DNA of 41,253 bases. It comes from Trichoplax adhaerens (taxonomy: Eukaryota > Animalia > Placozoa). The position numbers were made by a program, and so were the translations under genes. This document shows positions 37,994 to 41,253 of this stretch, piece by piece (position 1 is the stretch's first letter; each line of letters opens with the position of its first letter). A model generated the notes under the pieces. It ran no database searches. It was not told where the DNA came from and saw only the letters and a program-made list of their open reading frames with translations. The stretch is taken from positions 244,960 through 286,212 of the forward strand of contig NW_002060980.1 of the NCBI RefSeq assembly GCF_000150275.1, given 5' to 3'.

Positions 37994-39569
37994 GACAAGC
38001 ATTTTGATAACATAACATGTTGATAATTTGTAATCTATAATTATTATAACTTATCTATTATAATTATTATAATTATCAGACATGACATTACGCTACGGTT
38101 CGGACTTGGTGTATTAGTGTAATGATACACATATGTTAATGTTATTCGCGACACATAGCAGAAAATCTTGAACTCTAAGTAGCTTATTATCTAGATATTT
38201 CGTCTAATCCTATGTTAACTACGAATGTTGTATCTCATTTAGCATAACTTGCTCTGCAAATAGCTTATCAAGGTATTTCATATGGGACAGCATATTTTGG
38301 CATTCCAAATAGTTACTGGTTAGTTTAACCAGAAATAAATCCTTTGTAAATGACTTCGATTTTGTAGGGGTATTTAACCACCATCCCCTGAGATTAAATC
38401 TCTGTTCTCGTTATTTGTTTCCTTCTTAAACGCGTCAAATGTTATCCGTAGATCATAAACACGGAATAAAGAGTATTCTCGTCGCTTCATTCTGTCATTA
38501 CACTGTAGACTCGGGAAGATTTGTACTAGTCTACTGAATGTCAGCATAGCAATAAAAGTTGATCTTTTAAAAGGCAAGGATGAGAGTTATCTGATCCAGG
38601 ATTATAGTGATTGTTTGATTTTAGATCGGTCAGCTTGCGAATACTCTGACGGTCCTGTACTGTACAATATTCGTAATCTTTATCTCTTACGAGTTCAAAG
38701 TAACTATACAGGTTAGAACTAGAGCCTAAAGTGTAGTAAAATTTACAGCATAATACTCTATGTATAAGCTAGCGACTTTTTAATATTTTGTGGTTAAACC
38801 AGGATCTGTGAAAGAGAAAGAAATCCTTCTCTAGGCGACATTGATTATATTTTATCGCATGCAGTAAATAAAAAAAATTGACATGTGTATTGCCAAACTC
38901 TACCTGGTCTTTGCTTGCATCCATGACCCAACAGTAACAATATCACTAACTTTCTTTTTCATTAGAAAATGAGCCATTTCTTGCCTTATGGCCGACTTTC
39001 ATGCAAATTAAGTTCATACGTAGCTGTAATGCAAGATAAATCTAATATTCCATGTCGTATAGTAGCCTAGCATCACGTAATGCCCCACAAAGGTAGTACA
39101 GTACTGTATTTTCTGTATTGATAATTGGAAAAGAAACTATTAACAGGGGATTGAATATGACCAGCTTCTACTAATTGAATGTAAATCATTTCTGGGTATA
39201 TCTAAATTACAGATGTTTACGGTTTCATGGAATAAACGTATTTCATATAGCTCAATCGCTAGTTCTTAAGGGTGTAAAGTTAATTCGTGTACACTGGTAC
39301 AGAGAAATCCGATGGCATGAGAATCCCCGGTGTCATTGGATGCTTTTATCGAAAATTCGAAATATAGAGATAACTTAGTTTTGCCCTGGTATACTTAATA
39401 AATTGGAAAGTACGTTGTAATATCTATACAAATAAACATCGAAAATAGAGATACATGATGTTAGAGATCTATACGTGGCATTATGGAATATTATAGTACG
39501 TAGAAGTACCATGATAAAAGTAATAGACGTAAGTGCAGTATAGCAAGTAATGTAAGTAAATCATCTATA

Positions 39570-39715
39570 CTATATACTATGTGGAACATTATAACAATAG
39601 AAAACAGTATGAATATCAAACTATAACAATGAACTATGTGGAACATTATAATGATTAGCTACAGTACAGTATATGTGAATAGCAGGAAAAGAACTATGTG
39701 GGACATATCGGACGA
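39570..39715 (-). repeat. Degenerate copies of the satellite core (ACTATGTGGAACAT)
   Basis: Copies at ~39576, ~39632 and ~39692; reverse complement of the core at the window start. Confidence 0.7.
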
Positions 39716-40225
39716 TGAATACTTGGAAAATTAAACCATAACATTCATTATACTACAGTACACTGTGAGGAATAAAATGGCATTAACTAGTGAAACATAA
39801 ATATGAACGATAAACTCCGTGAATCGTGCTAAGCATGTATTTAGCCGGCTTACCAAATATTTATTGACAACTAGTGAAAAGGTTGCACACAGAGTGACGA
39901 TTATATCAATGCCCATGGCTGATATAAATCGTAAATATTAAGAAGAAATACTATTACATATGAAAATTATACTAAGAATTAATGATGTAAGCAATTGTTA
40001 ATGAGGCGATTGGAAAAACTATCAAACAAGCTCGTGTTGGTTGAGATAACAGGTTCTAGCAGAAATATAGTAGACTAGTAGTAGATTCTAGATATTGTTC
40101 AAAATTATTTTTTAAGTCCTATTTTAGTAATAAACTGACTATCTTTCAATTATCCAAAAACTATTGTAGTTATTACTGAGTCATAACGATAATAATTCAG
40201 ATTCATTAGGGTAGTTGAAAGAGAC

Positions 40226-40419
40226 GTATAGGATGGAAACAATATCAATATAGATTTGATATTTACAAGGGTGAATTGCATACTTTACAGCGTTCAATCC
40301 TATATTGTACACCATAAAATTAATCTAATGCAGCAAACATTCTGTTTTGATATTACGAGGGTGGATTTAATATTTTACAGCGTGAAATTAATTTAATGCG
40401 GTAAATTATCCGGTTTCGG
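40226..40419 (+). repeat. ~190-bp dispersed repeat, copy B
   Basis: Matches 25329..25515. Confidence 0.85.
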
Positions 40420-40424
40420 GTGGA

Positions 40425-41110
40425 GCATTACAATAATAAACTATATACAGTTTATGAAATATAAAACAATCAACTATATGAAACATATAAACGATAAGAT
40501 GTGTGGAACATATTTACTATACTGTAAACTACAGAATACAGAATAGAAAACGATCAACTATGTGAAACATAAGAACGATAGCCTATGTGGAACATAAATA
40601 CGATAAACTACATGAAACATAATTGCTATAAATTACAGTATGTGGAACATTAAAATCCTACTATAAACTAAAGAATGCCGAATATCAAACGATCAACTAC
40701 GTGAAACATAAAAACGATAACCTATGTGGAATATAAAATACGATAAACTATGTGGAACATTGAAACTACAGTATACTGTAAACCAAAGAATGAGGAATAT
40801 AAAACCATCAACTATGTAAAACACGAAAACGATAACCTATGTGAGACATGAATACAATAAACTATGTGGAACATTAAAACGATAATTAGGTGGAACATAG
40901 ATACCATAAATTATGAGAAAGATTAAAACTATACTGTAAACTAGAGATTGCGGAATATAAAATCCATAACCTATGTGGAATAAACATGAATACGATAAAC
41001 TATGTAGAACGTTCAAACTGTTAACTACTTCGAACATAACTACTGTAAACTGTATGGGATTGTAACCGTAATATTAAATTGTCTCTCGTTGTGTGGAACA
41101 TTGTGGAACA
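40425..41110 (-). repeat. Satellite array of ~23-bp monomers (AAACGATAAACTATGTGGAACAT) with higher-order structure
   Basis: More than 20 diverged monomers. A variant monomer TACTGTAAACT..AGAAT recurs at ~40520, 40659, 40774 and 40932. Confidence 0.85.
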
Positions 41111-41145
41111 TGGTGTCAGTTTCTCCTATGTTAGCGCTATATATG

Positions 41146-41253
41146 CTATTGATTATCTATTGGTGGGAATCGGAAAGATGTAACGGTGTTAATGGGCCTC
41201 TTGGCGAGAAGCGCAGGTGGAAGTCCTAGAAGATTGACTATTGGTCGAGAAGC
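41146..41253 (-). CDS. Possible 3' end of a gene entering from beyond the right edge
   Basis: GC content rises abruptly. Minus-strand frames are open to the edge (ASRPIVNLLGLPPALLAKRPINTVTSFRFPPIDNQ* or FSTNSQSSRTSTCASRQEAH*). No family recognised. Confidence 0.25.
   Translation of the reverse strand, partial: ASRPIVNLLGLPPALLAKRPINTVTSFRFPPIDNQ

Noticed and set aside
38374-39916. ORFs of 61-67 aa downstream of BBOX copy B
   Set aside because: Lengths expected by chance, no motifs and no coherent exon structure.
40425-41110. CRISPR-like look of a conserved core with variable intervening sequence (also 750-2360)
   Set aside because: The intervening sequences are short and related to each other, the cores are degenerate, there are no cas genes and the context is eukaryotic.

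Overview
AT-rich eukaryotic genomic DNA with compact, intron-rich genes and GT-AG introns. The style suggests a basal animal such as the placozoan Trichoplax (inference only). Splicing by hand gives: a two-exon DMAC1/TMEM261-like gene (-); a 21-exon ABCD4 (+); a 12-exon COQ6 (+); and three gamma-butyrobetaine dioxygenase (BBOX1-like) loci. The ~7.1 kb first intron of COQ6 hosts an intronless, same-strand HEXD/GH20-like gene that has lost its catalytic residues. Of the BBOX loci, one is a multiply disrupted pseudogene and two form an intact head-to-head pair with patchy near-identity suggestive of gene conversion. Satellite arrays sharing the core TATGTTCCACATAG occupy both ends of the window in opposite orientations. 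Dense TACAGTA/TACTGTA motif clusters lie upstream of essentially every gene start. No rRNA, tRNA, CRISPR array or transposase was recognised. Exon boundaries and identity counts were made by eye and may be off by a few bases; family assignments rest on recalled motifs, not database searches.
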